From the NCBI RefSeq assembly GCF_026210795.1, contig NC_089435.1, forward strand, positions 3,472,001 to 3,536,000: a stretch of 64,000 nucleotides of DNA, in the 5' to 3' direction. The position numbers and the translations under genes are program-made. A model generated the notes under the pieces. That model had not been told where the DNA came from and searched no databases. It saw nothing but the letters and a program-made list of their open reading frames with translations. Source of the DNA: Rhizophagus irregularis (Eukaryota). This document shows, piece by piece, positions 61,564-64,000 of the stretch (positions are counted from its first letter, which is position 1; every line of letters starts with the position of its first letter).

Positions 61564-64000
61564 AATTTGGTTAGGAATTTGTCACGTAGCGTCGTCACAT
61601 CCTAGCTGTTCTTCAATTTTATAATTATTCTGTGGACCTAGAATTTTTTTATATGGTAAAACTCTAATTGCCGCCCATTAATTGTCACATCCATAATATT
61701 ATAAATATTATATGTAACCCGGCAAAATAAATCCGGCTACCATTTTTTGAAGGCGGCGCTAGGGGTTACAAGATTATAATCACATGTGAGTTGGTGTTAC
61801 ATTAAAGTATATTTAAAAACCATAAAATGACATCACATCACATCAACTCACAACTTTCTTAAACTACAAGAATAAATCGTAAATATGTCTGAGTCTCTTT
61901 CCCGTTCTCTTTTTCCTCAATTTACGGAAGAAGTACTAGAAGGGGCAAGGAAAATATCTTTGAAATGTCCCGTGAATTAAATACAATAAGTGGGTTGAGG
62001 TCGGAAGACCATATGAAGAACACGAAGAAGTGCTAATGAATCTGAAATTCGAAAATGGATCATCTCAAACAAGATCAGTTGGTAAGTCCACTACTTCATT
62101 TTCATGTATATGATTGGTTATGTAGTAAAACTTATAAAATTCTTTTTTAAGAAACCAGACAACATGTTAACAGAAGACAAACTCGGAAATGGAATTAGCA
62201 CTCGCAGAAATTCCGGGGGCAAATCGACAAACCGGGAAAACAAGCAATGGAACTCTTTCCACAATAAGAACCCAAACCACCGCCTGTAAGGAAGGTAAAT
62301 ATTGCAGCCAAGATTCTGGACCAGAGAAATTAACAAAGTACACGAATCAGATGCATCGAGATCTACAAAAAGACAATATTCTTAATGATGTAATTTGCCA
62401 TAATACTGTATTATTGGGGTAGTTAGGGAATTTTAAATTTAATAAAAAAAGTGGTACCACATATATATATATATAAATCATTACTTAATGTTAAGACACA
62501 GGGGTCAGGTGCTTGGCATATTTCTCTTATCCATGGTTCCTATACACAATTTCTTAACATATTCTTTACTAATAAGATCTCTAGCAATAAGCCTTAAAGA
62601 ATTATAATATTTTTTTTTAATACCGTAGTATGAATCGCAATATGTAATTTTTTTTATACAAATAATAAACCAAAGACGCGTTTTTACATGGCTATATATT
62701 TTGTCGTATGATGTAGCGAGTGTGGGTTTGTGGGCATTATTTTTCGTTGCAGCCAATATAGAACACGAAATATACAATGTAATTCTTCAGAAATATCTTG
62801 TCAAGATGATTGGTGATCTTTGAATGGTGTTAGACTTTATTAATTGATCGATTTCCGCGACGAAAAATCATTTTTTTACGTAATGATCTATTCCAATTTG
62901 TGCTTACCACAAAAAATATACAATAAAAGGTTGAAACACTAGTTAATGATCCATTTATCCGATTTGTGCATAATTTAGCGAAACAAATAAATCTTAGCAA
63001 TCCTATGAAAATTTCGGACATATTATTCTTGTTAAATATGATCATCCGAGAGAAAATTGTGATCTCCAGCATATATTTTGTTTAATTATTTTTTATTTCC
63101 ACAAATTCAATGTATCGCAAGAATTTCGTTTTTTCTTATTTACTTTGCGAACGTAATAAAATCCAACTAACGTGATAAACACCTAATTATCATCATTGTC
63201 AAATATATAGTAGAATTTCCTGATTCTAAGAATACATAGAGTTCTATGAATTCTAAGATTTTTTTCTCATGTATATATAGATTATATATCTATAGAAAAA
63301 TGAGTAACTCGTTATTTCCATCTTTTAACACATACTACACAACACAACTTAACCAACTTTCACGTTCTATTAAAATGATATATGACGAAGTCTCAAAACT
63401 CGGAAATATCCACTAACAATAGAAGAGGTGAGTGGTATTCATCCTGAATTGGAAGAACTATTGAATCAGAGGTAGTCAATTACACAAAGAAAAAGGATCA
63501 TCAACGACCGAGAACAACGCCAGGTGGTATTGATGTTACTAACAGGTTAGTTTTATTCGAACAGACTCTTTCTGAACGAGAAAGGAAATAACTGACCGTG
63601 AAAAACCGTCATACCAATGTGAAGAAGAATATGCGAAGAAATTGGAACGGGCAAAATTAGAAAATCAGAAAATAATAACCAATCAAATCAAAATGGAAAA
63701 CGATGCTTATCTTAGTGCTGAATCCTAACGTTTGCAAGATGAACAAGAGAGATTTGCGGATGGTTTACGTTCATTAAAGAAGAATCTGAGGGAGCAATAT
63801 AATATCAAAATGTAACGTGAAACTGTCATGAATAAACCATAGAAGAGAAAGACAAAAAAATCGCTCAATTATTATCTGTGTTTAGTCATAATATATTTGT
63901 TTTCGATGATATAAAGTATAAATGTTTGTCTAATTTTATTGCAACGAACTCTTGATAGTATTAAATAATACATCATAAAAGGCGAAAAATATTCGCTGCA

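Noticed and set aside
61880..63900. Fragmentary protein-like stretches on both strands near the window end
   Set aside because: Multiple stops and frame changes with no identifiable domain; cannot be called without a homology search.

Overview
Eukaryotic, very AT-rich, intron-rich DNA with introns mostly 70-100 nt. The gene families resemble an arbuscular mycorrhizal fungus (Glomeromycotina, Rhizophagus-like); that assignment is inference. I assembled spliced gene models by hand, and the exon sums of all multi-exon models close in frame. Genes, in order: (1) a signal peptide + Kelch + TM + non-RD TKL kinase receptor-like gene; (2) two tandem giant sacsin-like genes (~2815 and ~2897 aa), each with two GHKL/Hsp90-like ATPase repeats and a C-terminal BTB domain; (3) a TRP-like channel; (4) two intronless duplicated genes fusing an exact 76-residue ubiquitin-like domain ending LRLLGG to a NEURL4-type ADP-ribosyltransferase (ART) fold, interleaved with two pseudogenised PD-(D/E)xK nuclease genes; (5) a TKL kinase + degenerate RING + TPR gene; (6) two F-box/LRR-like genes. 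Intergenic DNA holds nested non-autonomous transposons: a Helitron containing a Tourist-like and a Mutator-like MITE, TA-flanked MITEs, and a TPRT-type insertion with a 17-bp TSD. The best candidates for an undescribed system are the Ub-GG-ART pair, whose divergence concentrates in the ART half, and the sacsin-BTB pair, both inside a cluster of ubiquitin-system and receptor-like genes. No rRNA, tRNA or CRISPR array was recognised.
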